A DNA stretch of 64,000 nt from a virus, in IMG/VR virus record IMGVR_UViG_3300028920_000056, positions 25,629-89,628 of that record, one strand, 5' to 3'. Below, piece after piece: positions 40,836 through 52,754 of this stretch. The notes beneath the pieces are model-generated. The model had not been told where the DNA came from, did no database searches, and saw only the letters and a program-made list of their open reading frames with translations. The translations under genes were made by a program, and so were the position numbers. Every line of letters starts with the position of its first letter. Position 1 is the stretch's first letter.

Positions 40836-41465
40836 ATGTCTATTAGTTTAAGTCATTCAATATCTGGTAAAAGAGAACCAAAAAGACAGAATAGATGGGT
40901 ACTTAAGTTTGAAAATGTTCCATATTTTTCTGGTGATAACATAGATACTTATAGCAATGGCGCTGTTAATATGTCTGAGTCATTAGCTTTTGATTTAGTC
41001 AGTGCTTCAAGACCAACATTAAACTATAATTCAGCTGAACTTTCAAGAATGAATGAAAAATGGAAATTTGCTCAAAACCCAACTTGGGAACCTATTTCAG
41101 TAGTATTCTATGATTTTGATTCTGGTAAATCATCAGCTTCACAAATTATGTGGAGATGGATGAAAGTTATATATGATGTTTTAAATGGAACAATGGGTTA
41201 TGCAGCCACTTATAAAGTTGATGCTAGCTTAATATTATTAGGCCCAGGACAAACTTCTGAATCAGGAGTTGCAAGTACAGAAATAGAGATTGTAGAAGCT
41301 TGGGATCTATTTGGAATGTTCCCCAATCAAATGAATAATGGTGATTTGTCTTATGAAAGTACAGATGCACTAAGGGTTACAGTAGAATTTAATTATGATT
41401 TTGCTAATTTACACACAGGTGATGATTTTGGTTCACCAGGTGGTAGATGGAGCACAATATCATAA
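40836..41465 (+). CDS. tail tube protein (gp19-like)
   Basis: EPKRQNRW, WEPISVVFYD, WDLFGMFP, GDLSYES...FNYD; follows the sheath gene. Confidence 0.9.
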   Translation: MSISLSHSISGKREPKRQNRWVLKFENVPYFSGDNIDTYSNGAVNMSESLAFDLVSASRPTLNYNSAELSRMNEKWKFAQNPTWEPISVVFYDFDSGKSSASQIMWRWMKVIYDVLNGTMGYAATYKVDASLILLGPGQTSESGVASTEIEIVEAWDLFGMFPNQMNNGDLSYESTDALRVTVEFNYDFANLHTGDDFGSPGGRWSTIS

Positions 41466-41514
41466 TAAATGCATATATAAATAATATTAAAAGTATTTAA
41501 TACAAGGAGCAAAC

Positions 41515-42435
41515 ATGACAGATAAACCCTCTAAGAAAAAAGACGAAATTATAATACCAGAACCTATAAACAGACCAAAAGAGAATAAAGTTCCAACAGC
41601 TGATCATCCACAGCAAGAGACTAAAATTACAACTAATGAAAAAAGTATAAATCGTTTTAAAACTGATTCTAGGTTCGCGCCAAAAGCTTTTCCAGTTGAA
41701 GTCCCATCAAAAGGTTTTTTATATCAAAATTTAACAAATGATCCTGAAGTAAAAAAAGGTGTCATTCGTTTGGCACAGATGACTTCTGCAGAAGAAAAAA
41801 TATTAACTACACAAAGATTCGTTGAACAAGGTGTCGCACTAGACATGATACTAGAAAATTGTATCAAATCTGATGTTGATCCATATGATTTATTATCTTC
41901 TGATAGATTATATCTATTATTTTATTTACGTGGTATGTCATATGATTTATCATATGATTTTAATGTAAAGTGTTATTATTGTGGTCAAAATTTTATACAG
42001 AATGTTAAAATTGACAAATTACCTATTACAACATGGGAATCTCCAGAAGAAGCCAAGGAACCAATTGTAGTCAAACTTCCACTTACTAGAGCTACAGCAG
42101 AAGCTCATTTTATGCGTGGCAAAGAAGAAAAAGAAATGATGATTAAATCAAGAAAACTTAAATCCTTCAATGAACCAGATGATTCAGCCACTGATTCATT
42201 AATCTATTTAATTGATAAAGTAATACTTGAAGACGGTGAAGTACTTGGTCCTCGCGATAGATTAGATTTTATAAATCATTTAGTTGCCGGTGATTGTGAT
42301 GAATTCCGAACTAAAATGTTAGAACGCGAATGTGGAATTCAACAGCTTGAAAACATTTATTGTCCTAGATGTAATTCAATATTACAATTTGGTGTACCAC
42401 TAGGCCGCAACTTTTTTCGTCGACAAGGACGTTGA
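41515..42435 (+). CDS. gp26-like baseplate hub/tail assembly chaperone
   Basis: VEVPSKG.LY, MTSAEEKILT, DR.YLLFYLRGMSY, two CxxC pairs, ends NFFR. Confidence 0.8.
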   Translation: MTDKPSKKKDEIIIPEPINRPKENKVPTADHPQQETKITTNEKSINRFKTDSRFAPKAFPVEVPSKGFLYQNLTNDPEVKKGVIRLAQMTSAEEKILTTQRFVEQGVALDMILENCIKSDVDPYDLLSSDRLYLLFYLRGMSYDLSYDFNVKCYYCGQNFIQNVKIDKLPITTWESPEEAKEPIVVKLPLTRATAEAHFMRGKEEKEMMIKSRKLKSFNEPDDSATDSLIYLIDKVILEDGEVLGPRDRLDFINHLVAGDCDEFRTKMLERECGIQQLENIYCPRCNSILQFGVPLGRNFFRRQGR

Positions 42436-42691
42436 CAGGAATCGACGTCGTTTATACAAGTTAATAGAAGAACAATTTAATATTGCTTATTATTCAAATG
42501 GTGCAATCACATATGAAAGTGTGGGTCAACTGACTACTGAAGAAAGAAATACAGTTACAGAAATTTTAGCAGATATTAAAAAGAAAGAAAAAGAAGAAAT
42601 GGAAAAAACTAAAAAAGGTAATGCAGCACCTCCAGCTCCTTCTAAATATAGTAGTGTTAAATCAAGAGTACCAAATATCCCAAAAATGTAA
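42416..42691 (+). CDS. gp51-like extension probably reached by a +1/-2 frameshift
   Basis: 91-codon +1-frame ORF (FVDKDVDRNRRRLYKLIEEQFNIAYYSNGAITYESV...) with no usable start; begins at CTTTTTTC 42411-42418. Confidence 0.65.
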   Translation, partial: FVDKDVDRNRRRLYKLIEEQFNIAYYSNGAITYESVGQLTTEERNTVTEILADIKKKEKEEMEKTKKGNAAPPAPSKYSSVKSRVPNIPKM

Positions 42692-42708
42692 AGGCATAAT
42701 TATATTCA

Positions 42709-43746
42709 ATGATAATATTAATATACGCCGATCTACACCTCTATAATCATCATAGATTATTAGTAAATTCAGAAACTGCATTAAATAATTTAACTTATTT
42801 TAAAAATTACGCCCTATCTAATAACATCAACACTATTATATGTGCAGGTGATTTTTTTCATACTAAGGCAAGAGCCTATGCTCCACATGTGATTCAAGCA
42901 AGATTACGTCTTAAAGATTGGTTTAAAGCTGGCTTAAATCACTATATGATCATAGGTAATCATGATATGGCAAATCAAAACAATAGCATGAATTCTATTG
43001 TATTTGCTTTCAATGAATATGCAAAAATAATACCAGATTATTTCTTTATAGATATTGGACAAACTCGTCTACATTTAATGAGCTACACAAAAAGTTTATT
43101 CCCTCATTTTATTATGGCAAAAAATAGAAAGAATGTACTAATAACTCACTTAGATATTGTTGGATTTACAATGTCAAATGGATTTAGAGCTGCAAATGGA
43201 TTTAAGATGAGTGATTTAGCTGATTTTGATTTAGTCATTACTGGTCATTACCATAAGCATCAAGAAAAAGACAATATTGTTTATATAGGAAGCACGCATC
43301 AAACTAGTTTCGCAGAAAGAGATCAAACTCATGGGTTTTTAGTTTTTGATACTGATACTCTGAAATATCAATTTATCGAAAACACTGATGCTCCAAAATA
43401 TAAAGAACTTCTTATTAAAAAATATGAAGAAATAAAAGATGATGATGTATATAATAATTTCTTACGTATTAAATTGTTAACTAATCGAATAAGTTCTAGC
43501 AGACTTAAAGATTTATTGTTCGAAAAAGGCGCTCTAAGTGTTGACATCACTCCATTCGAAGATGCAAAAGAAATAAGTAAATATTATGATAAAAAGCTTA
43601 GCGATATACCTATAGAAATAGCAGCTGCTTATATAAAAAGTTTAAAGAGACTTCCTTGTAGCGAACAAAAACTTTTAGCATATTTTAATAAAATAGAAGA
43701 AGTGGCTACTCGCATATCAGATATTGAATTTGACGATATAAATTAA
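42709..43746 (+). CDS. sbcD: SbcD/Mre11-like (gp47) nuclease
   Basis: ADLH, AGDFFH, GNHD, GHYH metallophosphoesterase motifs. Confidence 0.92.
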   Translation: MIILIYADLHLYNHHRLLVNSETALNNLTYFKNYALSNNINTIICAGDFFHTKARAYAPHVIQARLRLKDWFKAGLNHYMIIGNHDMANQNNSMNSIVFAFNEYAKIIPDYFFIDIGQTRLHLMSYTKSLFPHFIMAKNRKNVLITHLDIVGFTMSNGFRAANGFKMSDLADFDLVITGHYHKHQEKDNIVYIGSTHQTSFAERDQTHGFLVFDTDTLKYQFIENTDAPKYKELLIKKYEEIKDDDVYNNFLRIKLLTNRISSSRLKDLLFEKGALSVDITPFEDAKEISKYYDKKLSDIPIEIAAAYIKSLKRLPCSEQKLLAYFNKIEEVATRISDIEFDDIN

Positions 43747-43753
43747 GGAATAA

Positions 43754-45580
43754 ATGAGATTTAACTACATAAAATTAAAAAATTTTTTATGTTATGGTGA
43801 AGATCTAATTACTCTTCCGCTGTATAAAATAGGAATAACTTTTATTACAGGTGAAAACAAAAAAGATGGTGGATCTAACGGTAGCGGTAAGAGTGCCTTA
43901 ATAGTTGACTCAATAGTTTATGCTTTGTTTGGCAAGACAACTAAAAGATTCAAAGCAGACAAAGTGATCAATAATATTAATGATAAAGATTGTTTTGTTG
44001 AATTGTCATTTAACATTCGAGATGATGTGTATATCATCAGACGATATAGAAAACACACACAATTTGAAAACGATTTAGTAATAGAAAAAAATGGTGCAGT
44101 GTTAAATGATTCAGATCAAAAACGAAGTACACAAAAATTAATAGAAAATATCATAAAAATAAGCTTTAAATCTTTTGTCTTGTCAATTGTTTTAAGTCAA
44201 GAAAAAGTTGCAAATTTTGCAGAAGTTGATCCTCTTGAGCGAAAGAGAATTATTGAAAACCTTCTTATGTATGACTTCATTTCGAAATATCATAGAGCTG
44301 ACAAACAAATAATGCGAAAAATAAAACCAATAATAGAAAGATTAACTAATCAACATACAGATAAAAAAGAAGTTGTTAAAACTTTGACCAATAACTTATT
44401 AAAATATATAGACACTTGGGGAAATAATATTGAATTAAAGAAGAATAAAATCACAAGTTTAAAAAAAGAAATCAGAGAATGGAAAAATTTAAACTTGACT
44501 GAAGAATTAAAAAATCGTAATTTATTAAAGAAGAGAATTGAAGAAAAAGAAACGCTTAGAGATAAAATTTCTGGTTTAACAGAATATATAGATGAGATTC
44601 TCGAAAAAATAAATAGCGCAAGAAAAAATAAAACTTTAAAATCTTCAAAGATCGATAAATATCTATTAAGCCCAGAAGATTGTCCAGTGTGTGGAAATAG
44701 TATAAATAGTGGGAAGTTTCAAAAATTCATTTCTAGTGAAAGAGAAGAAGTTAAGAAATTGACTAAAGAAATTGATGAATTAATTGAAAAAGAAAAAGAA
44801 TTAAAAAAGAAATTAAACCGTAAAGAAAAAAGATTAAAGAGTAAAGGTGAAGAAATTAGCCAACTAAGAGAATCAATAAATGATGACTTAAATGAAGATG
44901 ACATACAAAATATTAATGACAAAATAACAAGTAACGAATCTGAGATAAAAGTGTTGCAAGAACAAATTAATGTAGACATTGAAAAAGATGAATATGTTGT
45001 TAACACACAAAAAGAAATAGACAAAGTGAAATTAGAATCCAAACATCTTAGAAGAAAAATTAGAAAACATGAAGAAGAACTCAGTTATTTTGAATGGTGG
45101 AAAGATGCATTAAGTAATTCACCAAATTCAATGAAGTCATTTTGCATTAATCATATTTTGAAATCACTAAATAAATATATTAATTATTATTTATCGTTTT
45201 TTAAATTTGATATCCAATATAAACTAGATGAAAATTTAGACGACAATTTGATTAAAGATGGAAAAGAATATACATTTGGACAATTAAGCCGTGGTGAAAA
45301 AAGAGCAGTAGAAATAAGTTTGTTGTTTGCTTTGTATGAAACAATACGTCTAAAGATGCCAGATGAAATCAATTTAATAGTGTTAGATGAGTTGCTTTCT
45401 AACTTTTTAGATGATATTAGAATTGAAGGAGCTCTTAATATCTTGCAAGAGTTAGAAGAAAGAGGTTTTGATATATTTGTAATTGAACACAAGGAAATTA
45501 TAAAAGAATCTTTAATGTGCAATACATTAAATGTAATTAAAGATCAAAAAGGATTCTCTATTTTAGAAGCAACAAACTAA
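43754..45580 (+). CDS. sbcC: SbcC/Rad50-like (gp46) ATPase
   Basis: NGSGKS Walker A, coiled coil with CPVC zinc hook, LSRGEK signature, IVLDE. Confidence 0.95.
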   Translation: MRFNYIKLKNFLCYGEDLITLPLYKIGITFITGENKKDGGSNGSGKSALIVDSIVYALFGKTTKRFKADKVINNINDKDCFVELSFNIRDDVYIIRRYRKHTQFENDLVIEKNGAVLNDSDQKRSTQKLIENIIKISFKSFVLSIVLSQEKVANFAEVDPLERKRIIENLLMYDFISKYHRADKQIMRKIKPIIERLTNQHTDKKEVVKTLTNNLLKYIDTWGNNIELKKNKITSLKKEIREWKNLNLTEELKNRNLLKKRIEEKETLRDKISGLTEYIDEILEKINSARKNKTLKSSKIDKYLLSPEDCPVCGNSINSGKFQKFISSEREEVKKLTKEIDELIEKEKELKKKLNRKEKRLKSKGEEISQLRESINDDLNEDDIQNINDKITSNESEIKVLQEQINVDIEKDEYVVNTQKEIDKVKLESKHLRRKIRKHEEELSYFEWWKDALSNSPNSMKSFCINHILKSLNKYINYYLSFFKFDIQYKLDENLDDNLIKDGKEYTFGQLSRGEKRAVEISLLFALYETIRLKMPDEINLIVLDELLSNFLDDIRIEGALNILQELEERGFDIFVIEHKEIIKESLMCNTLNVIKDQKGFSILEATN

Positions 45581-46119
45581 AGATAAATACATCATGAATA
45601 TAAAGATTGGAAGAAAATTGGCTTTAATAAATGAGGCTTTAAATAATTTAAATGTTGAAAAAATAGATAATGTTTTTGAAATAACAGTAGTAACTGACAA
45701 TGCTGTTAATGTTAAAAACATTTATAATCATCAACATTATACACTTAGTATACAAAATTTTGAAAAATCAATAAAAACATTTTTAACAGACGAAATATTA
45801 GCAAGAAGAAGCAAGAAACAAGTAAAACAAATTGGGAAAATTATGCCGGTTGAAACTCAACCCATAGAGAAAGTAGAGAAAACAGAAGAACCATCAATTA
45901 CAAATGAGCCAAGCTCAACTACAAATAATATACCTACCTTTATTAAGATAGCACGCGATCCTATTGGTAAAGTTGTATTTAGAAAATCAAATAGCAAAGT
46001 TGTTTTCTATAGTAATGCTGATCCTTATGCAAATGATCCATACAATGATCTGTATGGCGGCTAATTTCTTAATTTAAAAGCATATATAAAAATAGATAGT
46101 AAAAGGAGTATAGCAAGAA

Positions 46120-47280
46120 ATGTCAGAAAACAAAGAATTAAGCGTGTTAGAAAAAAGTTTATTAGAAAACATCAATAAAAAATTTGGAAAGAGTAATCCT
46201 ATGGTTAGATTAAGCGATTCTGAGTATGGCACACCGAGAGGGTGGATAGATACTGGTATATTAGCACTTAATTGGCTTATTTCAGGTAAATTTGATGGAG
46301 GATATCCAGTTGGCCGTATCACTGAACTAGATGGAGATCCTGGTACTGGTAAATCATTATTATGTCAGATGGCCATAGTTGATCCCACAATTGGATTAAC
46401 TGTTTATTTTGATACAGAAGCAGCATTGAATCAAGAATTTCTTCAATTCTTAGGAGTTGATCCGTCTAAAATCTTGTATGAGCCAATTGACACAGTAGAA
46501 CAATTGATTGAAATCTGTCAAGAAGTTTTAGATACGATTGTAATGAACAAGCAAACAGAAAAGAAGGTTTTAATGCTCATTGATTCTGTCGCTCTTGCCT
46601 CAACAGAAAAAGAGATGGATCCAGAAGCTGGTAGTGACATGGGTTATAAAGCTAGACTATTAAGAAAATTCTTCAGAGTGTATGCCAGAAAGATTGAGAA
46701 ATATAACATAGCACTTTTAGTTACTAATCATTATACTCAGAAGATTGGTATGGTATTTGGCAATCCAAAAACTACTACAGGTGGTACAGCACTTCCTTAT
46801 GCCGCATCAGTAAGAATAGATCTTAAAATAGCTAAAACAGACATAGCAGATAAAAAGCTAGAATCACTTGGTGCATCATCTGTAACATTAAAAGCAAAAA
46901 CAGAAAAGAATAGATGTTTTTCCCCAAAAAGAAAGGTCACATTTGTTTTAGATTTTGAAAAGGGAGTACATCGTTATTCAGGTCTTTTTAATATATTAAA
47001 AGAATTTGGTATAGCTGAAAAAAATGGTGCATGGTGTAAACTTCCACAGTGGAGTACTGAAGAAAAATTTTATGAAAAAGATTTTCCAAAAATAGCTGAG
47101 GAGAATAATTTACTTCCATTGATTGAAAGTTTACTTACTAAAAAAATAAAGAATGTTGATATTGAACTACAAGCTGCAATAGAATCTGAAGCAATTAGTG
47201 AAGCAGAGGTAAATGAAGAAACACTTGATACAATTAAATCAAAAAAGAAAAGAAATAAAAAACTTATAATAGAAAATTAA
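46120..47280 (+). CDS. recA: RecA/UvsX recombinase
   Basis: GRITELDGDPGTGKS, YFDTEAAL, LIDSVA, TTGGTALPYAASVRI. Confidence 0.95.
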   Translation: MSENKELSVLEKSLLENINKKFGKSNPMVRLSDSEYGTPRGWIDTGILALNWLISGKFDGGYPVGRITELDGDPGTGKSLLCQMAIVDPTIGLTVYFDTEAALNQEFLQFLGVDPSKILYEPIDTVEQLIEICQEVLDTIVMNKQTEKKVLMLIDSVALASTEKEMDPEAGSDMGYKARLLRKFFRVYARKIEKYNIALLVTNHYTQKIGMVFGNPKTTTGGTALPYAASVRIDLKIAKTDIADKKLESLGASSVTLKAKTEKNRCFSPKRKVTFVLDFEKGVHRYSGLFNILKEFGIAEKNGAWCKLPQWSTEEKFYEKDFPKIAEENNLLPLIESLLTKKIKNVDIELQAAIESEAISEAEVNEETLDTIKSKKKRNKKLIIEN

Positions 47281-48379
47281 TTTATATGAAAAAAAGAGAT
47301 ATTGAAGACATTGTATTTGAAATATTTTTTGAATTATGTTTAACTGAAGAAATACCAGATGATGTATATTCACAATTGGTTAGAATACGAGATAGAATTA
47401 AAGAAATATATAAAGCTGTTAATGGAACAATAATTTATAAATTGCCAGAAAGTCAAAAGAGGTCTGCAGACAAAAATAAAGGAGAAAAAAATGACAGAAT
47501 ATGAAATGAAAATTAGAGAAGCTGCAAATGACATTAAATATATGAGATCAACATCTGGTGCGATGTATAGTCAAATGATATTTAGTTTGATATCAATCTT
47601 ACTAGCAAAAAAGAAAATAAGTCATGAAGATTTAGAGGTTATATTAGAAGCTGAGCGTGGAGCAATTCGAGATTCTGTGAAAAGTTATGCAGAATCTGCA
47701 TATGGTCAAGAGAATTCAGCAATTAATAGAACAGAAGATCTGAATGAAATTGAAAAACTTTGTCTGCAGTATGTTGAAAAAATTAAGAAAGTAATAATAG
47801 AAGTTTCTAAACAAATAGCGCCAGCTAAAAAAGTGCGCAAAAAAAGACCAAGACATATAGTACCAAAAGCTGATGTTGATGTTATTATATCACAGCCACC
47901 GGCACCGCCGCCTCAATTCCCAAAAGGTAAAAATAGAAACAAAACATAGTATAAAATAATATTAATAAGGAGAATAATATGAATGTAAGAAAATTTTCTT
48001 ATCGAAAGAAAAAAGACGAACAAGAAAAAACTTATATCGTTTTATTATTAGATCCACCTGATAACAAACCAGATTTAATTGGTGGTCTTGATTTAACTAA
48101 ATTAAATGACACTGAAATTGCTGAAATAATAAAACTAGTTAATGAATATGAAACTGATATTCGTATATTACAAACTGATGCACTAAAAAGAAAAATGAGT
48201 TTTGATGAAATGGTCAATGGCTCAGACTATCTTAAAATGTCTGAGTATTATAAAGAAAAAACACAACCATTTATCAAAAAAGCTTATCGTCTTTATATTC
48301 GTGATAGAATTACTAACAACTATGATCTTGATGATATTGATCATTTTATTGAGAAAATTATTAGAGAAAAGAATAGTCT

Positions 48380-49786
48380 ATGATAGTGTTAGTACTTAGA
48401 AATAGTTTTTTAATTCTAAGCAGCGACGATGAAGACTTACTTGAAAATATTTATAATACTCTTACTTTTAATGACACATCAAAAGCATACAACTATTACA
48501 AAGGTTTTGATAAAGACAAAATTAAAAAAGTAAGATTTGCAAAATTTATAGATGGTTTAGATTTACCAAGTTTAAGAATTCCAATTGGATTTGAATATTT
48601 CATAAAATCAGTTTTAGAAGATTATGAACATACTGTTATAGATGAAAGACCAGAATTGTCAAAGATTGACATAAACAACATTAAATTAAATGGGATTGAT
48701 TTTTGGGAACATCAAATAGAAGAAATTCGAACAGCTTTAAATAATAGAAGAGGGATTATAAAAGCTCCAACAGGTAGTGGAAAAACAGAAACTTTCTTAG
48801 CAATATTAAAACTTCTTAATTCACCATCTTTAGTAGTGTTTAATAGAGTTCAAATAACACATCAGACTAGACAGAGAGCTGAAGATCGTGGATTAGAAGC
48901 TGGCATAATACAGGGTAGTAATGTATTAGAAAAAAATATAACAATGGCAACAATCAACAGTATAAAAAAAATAGATAAGATTGAAAAATACAAAAATTTG
49001 ATATTGGACGAGTGTCATGGCTGTAGTGCGGATAACTATCAAAAGTTAATCAAATTAAAACATTGGGAACGAATTTATGGATTTTCTGCGACACCAATAC
49101 ACCCAACTAAATTTACATTAAAGACTGCAAAGATTGTTTCAAATATTGGGAATATTATATTTGAAGAAAAACCCAAAGCTTTGATTGATAAAGGTATAAT
49201 TGCTAAACCAAAAATAATATTTTTACCTGTTACACAACCAGAAGATATTGATGGTTTTGATTACAGAAATGCCGAAGCACTTGGCATTGTTAATAACCCA
49301 TATCGTAATAATTTAATAAAGCTTATATCTGAAAAACACTCTGATGAAAAAAGGCTGATTCTCACTAAATATGTTAAACAGGGAGAAATTATAAGCAATT
49401 TATTAGAAGCACCATTCATTTGGCATGAGACCAAATTAAATGACAGGTTAAAAATTTTAGATCAATTTGATAATGGAGATTTAAATTTATTAGTAGCCTC
49501 AAGAATATTAGATGAAGGCATTGATATAAAAAATTTTACAGTTTTAATTATTGCCAGTGCTGGAACATCTTTTACAAAAACTATTCAAAGATTAGGTAGA
49601 GGATTAAGAATCACTAAAAAGAAAAAATATATAACTGTATATGATTTCTGGGATGAAACACATAATATATTATTAAAATGGTCAAAAAATCGTAAGAAAG
49701 ATTACGCTTCTTTTGGATATAAAGACATACTTAATATTAAGGAGGAAGAAGACATTGACTTATATTTACGTTTGCGATCCATGTAA
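48380..49786 (+). CDS. uvsW: UvsW-like SF2 DNA helicase
   Basis: APTGSGKT, ILDECH, GFSATP, DEGIDI, QRLGRGLR. Confidence 0.9.
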   Translation: MIVLVLRNSFLILSSDDEDLLENIYNTLTFNDTSKAYNYYKGFDKDKIKKVRFAKFIDGLDLPSLRIPIGFEYFIKSVLEDYEHTVIDERPELSKIDINNIKLNGIDFWEHQIEEIRTALNNRRGIIKAPTGSGKTETFLAILKLLNSPSLVVFNRVQITHQTRQRAEDRGLEAGIIQGSNVLEKNITMATINSIKKIDKIEKYKNLILDECHGCSADNYQKLIKLKHWERIYGFSATPIHPTKFTLKTAKIVSNIGNIIFEEKPKALIDKGIIAKPKIIFLPVTQPEDIDGFDYRNAEALGIVNNPYRNNLIKLISEKHSDEKRLILTKYVKQGEIISNLLEAPFIWHETKLNDRLKILDQFDNGDLNLLVASRILDEGIDIKNFTVLIIASAGTSFTKTIQRLGRGLRITKKKKYITVYDFWDETHNILLKWSKNRKKDYASFGYKDILNIKEEEDIDLYLRLRSM

Positions 49787-50027
49787 AATTAAATATGAAA
49801 AAACACATGGTATGAATGAGACACCAACTTATAAATGCAAAAAATGCCACAAGAAACTCAGAAGAGTTATAACAGGTGGAAGTGGTGTAATTTATCGAGG
49901 TGATGGTTGGAGTCATGCAGGAAAAAAAGATAAAAATTATAACCGAGATAGAAAAATGGAATCTATAAGAGAACATCCAGAAACAGATCCTTATTCAGGA
50001 TATCGAAATTGGAATGAAGAAAAATAA
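49755..50027 (+). CDS. FmdB-family zinc-ribbon protein
   Basis: YIYVCDPC...CKKC...RRVITGGSGVIYRGDGW; SD GGAGG supports TTG 49755. Confidence 0.8.
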   Translation: MTYIYVCDPCKIKYEKTHGMNETPTYKCKKCHKKLRRVITGGSGVIYRGDGWSHAGKKDKNYNRDRKMESIREHPETDPYSGYRNWNEEK

Positions 50028-50234
50028 TGGCAAAAGTAACAATTATTTTTGATGACAAAAAATCTGCAGAATATGAAGTTTCTCAAAAAGTAGCATTAAC
50101 TATTGACAATTTTATTATTGATATAATGCAAAAGGAGTCAGAATTTGAAAGTGCTGAAGAGCTTTTGATTGATTATGATATAACAGATGTTCAATCTTCG
50201 GCACCTGAAATAGGAGATTTAGAAATTGCAATAG

Positions 50235-51726
50235 ATGAAGCTAACTCTTCAGGTTATGATAATCCAGCAAATGTTGCCGAAGTTAATGAACTTAAGAAGA
50301 AAAGAGAGAAAGATGGCAAGAAAACCGCTAAGAAGAAAAAAAGAAATAGTAAATCATCCAGTAAATAAAGAAACTGTTAGAAAAATTATAGAAGAATCTA
50401 CTGTTCTTAAAAGTGCATTTAAAAAGAATTCTAACGAAAAAGATGAGTGGTTTATTGACTATTTTGTTACAGAAAAAAAGAGAGTCACTGAAGAAATAAA
50501 AAGATGTGGCGATATTGCAAAAACAATCGAAAAAGCTAATAATTGGCTCAATGCAAATTTAAGTAATGTAGAAAAATTAGCTGTTTTTATATATACAACT
50601 AGAACAGCCAAAAATAAACCACTATATTGTTATCCACTATTTGCTTCTGATATAAGTAATCGTAATCTTGAACTAGACAGCTGGCTAGCTTCTATAGTAG
50701 AAAACTATAAAGATCGTGCAAAAAATTTATTAAAAGATAAAGATATTTGGGAATCTGCAGATCATAAAGAATATTATAACTTAGCAAACAATATTATTAG
50801 TATATGTGGTAATGATCTAGAGAAATCTAAGAAAATTGCTACTTTAATAATAAATACTAATAATATATAGAGAGTTATTAAAAGGATAAATATGTTTAAT
50901 CTACTTAAAAACCAAATTGATATTGCAGAAAGAAAAAAGATTGAATGTCAAAATGAAATCAGAATACAAAATGAAATTCAGAAATATTGTCAATTTCTTA
51001 GTAAGTGGATGATAGACAATCTAACTGATGTTGAAAAATTAACAATTTATTTGTTCACTTCTAATGAATATGGTGGAGATATTCATATTAGATATGATAG
51101 CAGTAATTTTGAATGTCATACTAATAGTACTACGCTTAATAGATTATTAAAACACTTTGAAAATAGAAAAGAAATGACTAAAGATTTATTAAAAGATGAA
51201 GAAAACATCTGGGAAAATTTGGGTATTAGTCATCATCATGAACGCGCTTGTCAATTGCTTAAAAGAGCAAAAAGCTTAGAAGATGCTATAGAAATTCACA
51301 AACTATATTGAAAAGAAAGGTAAATTTATGATTAATTATTTTATTGATGAAAAAGAAATACTTGAAACAAAAATTAGCCAGGCTAATGATGGATTAAATT
51401 TAATTAATAAAACAAATAATATTATAAACAGTAAGTTTGATAATATTGTAAAATTAGCAATATATATGTTTATTGCACATCGGGAGAAACAATATGAAAA
51501 TTCTATAATATATTGGGTCGAAGATGAAAATAAATATATATTAGATAGTAACATAATTACAATATTAGAAGATGTGAAACATCAAACAAAAAATTTATTA
51601 AAAGATAAAGTTGTCTGGCAAATTAAAGGATTTGATAAGTATTATGAAAAAGCAAAAGAAGTTTTAAAACTAACAGAAAATGATTTAGAGAAAGCAATTG
51701 AATTAGTGAAAGTCATGAATAAATGA
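50235..51726 (+). CDS. three paralogous helical proteins (50235/50313, 50892, 51328) with internal [TA]KxLLKD tag
   Basis: Shared VEKLA/VEKLT/IVKLA and AKNLLKD/TKDLLKD/TKNLLKD...W, ending DLEK/LEDA. Confidence 0.7.
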
Positions 51727-52754
51727 AAATAAAATACCACTTCAATACAATTGAACGTCTCATAAAAGAATTAGTTGGTGATTATAAAATAACAGGTGAT
51801 GGTGAGATTGCTATTAATTCACCATTTATAAAAGACACTACATATGATTGTCGGATAAGTATTGACAAACAATGTTGGCATGATTTTGAAAGTGATGAAG
51901 GTGGTAACTTAATTTCTCTTATTGCCACACTTGCAAATATAGACAAAGAAGCAGCTGAGCAGATGCTACTAGAATATGCTTTGAAAGATGGTAAGCTAGT
52001 TGAGCATAAAATTGAAAAAAAGAAATCGCTAATACAAGAACTTAAAACAATTAAGTTACCACCTGGATCACATACATTTAATAAGACTGAACAATTTGGC
52101 TCAATAAGTGGTAGAAAACAGGCAATGAGATTTTTAATAAAAAAGCTTGTCTCTGCAAAATTATCAAAAAAATATAATTTACGTTGGACTGATTGTTCAT
52201 ATATAGATTATCCAAATGTCAAAAACAAAAAATTAAATTTAAGCAATAGGATAATTATTCCTTCTTATGAAAACAATAAATTAGTTTATTATCAAGCAAG
52301 AGATTTTACAGAGAGAAGTGAATTTCGTTGGAAAAATCCTCCCAAAGATATTCAGCCAAAAAATATTGTATTACCATTTTATGACACTATAAAAGTTGGA
52401 GAAATATTATTTATTAGTGAAGGGCCTTGGGAAGCAATACAATATGGTGGTACCTATATGATTGGTAATGTTTTATCGGACGCTCAAATTTTAAAAATAA
52501 AGAAAAAGAATCCAGAAGCAATATATATCATTCCCGATAATGATGAAACAGCTAGAAGAAAATTAGTGAGAAACGTAACTTATTTGAGATCATATTTGGG
52601 TTGTCCCATAATTATAGTAAAATGGTGGATTGGAAAATATTCTAAATTTAAAGATCCTATTGATGCTAGTATAAATTACAACGAATTATTAAATTCTGAA
52701 TTTATCGAAGCAGATAGAAATATTGAACTTAATATGAAAATGGGTATATTATGA
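51723..52754 (+). CDS. DNA primase (gp61-like TOPRIM)
   Basis: NSPF...WHDF, RIIIP...YYQAR, ISEGPWEA, IPDND, KDP. Confidence 0.85.
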   Translation: MKIKYHFNTIERLIKELVGDYKITGDGEIAINSPFIKDTTYDCRISIDKQCWHDFESDEGGNLISLIATLANIDKEAAEQMLLEYALKDGKLVEHKIEKKKSLIQELKTIKLPPGSHTFNKTEQFGSISGRKQAMRFLIKKLVSAKLSKKYNLRWTDCSYIDYPNVKNKKLNLSNRIIIPSYENNKLVYYQARDFTERSEFRWKNPPKDIQPKNIVLPFYDTIKVGEILFISEGPWEAIQYGGTYMIGNVLSDAQILKIKKKNPEAIYIIPDNDETARRKLVRNVTYLRSYLGCPIIIVKWWIGKYSKFKDPIDASINYNELLNSEFIEADRNIELNMKMGIL

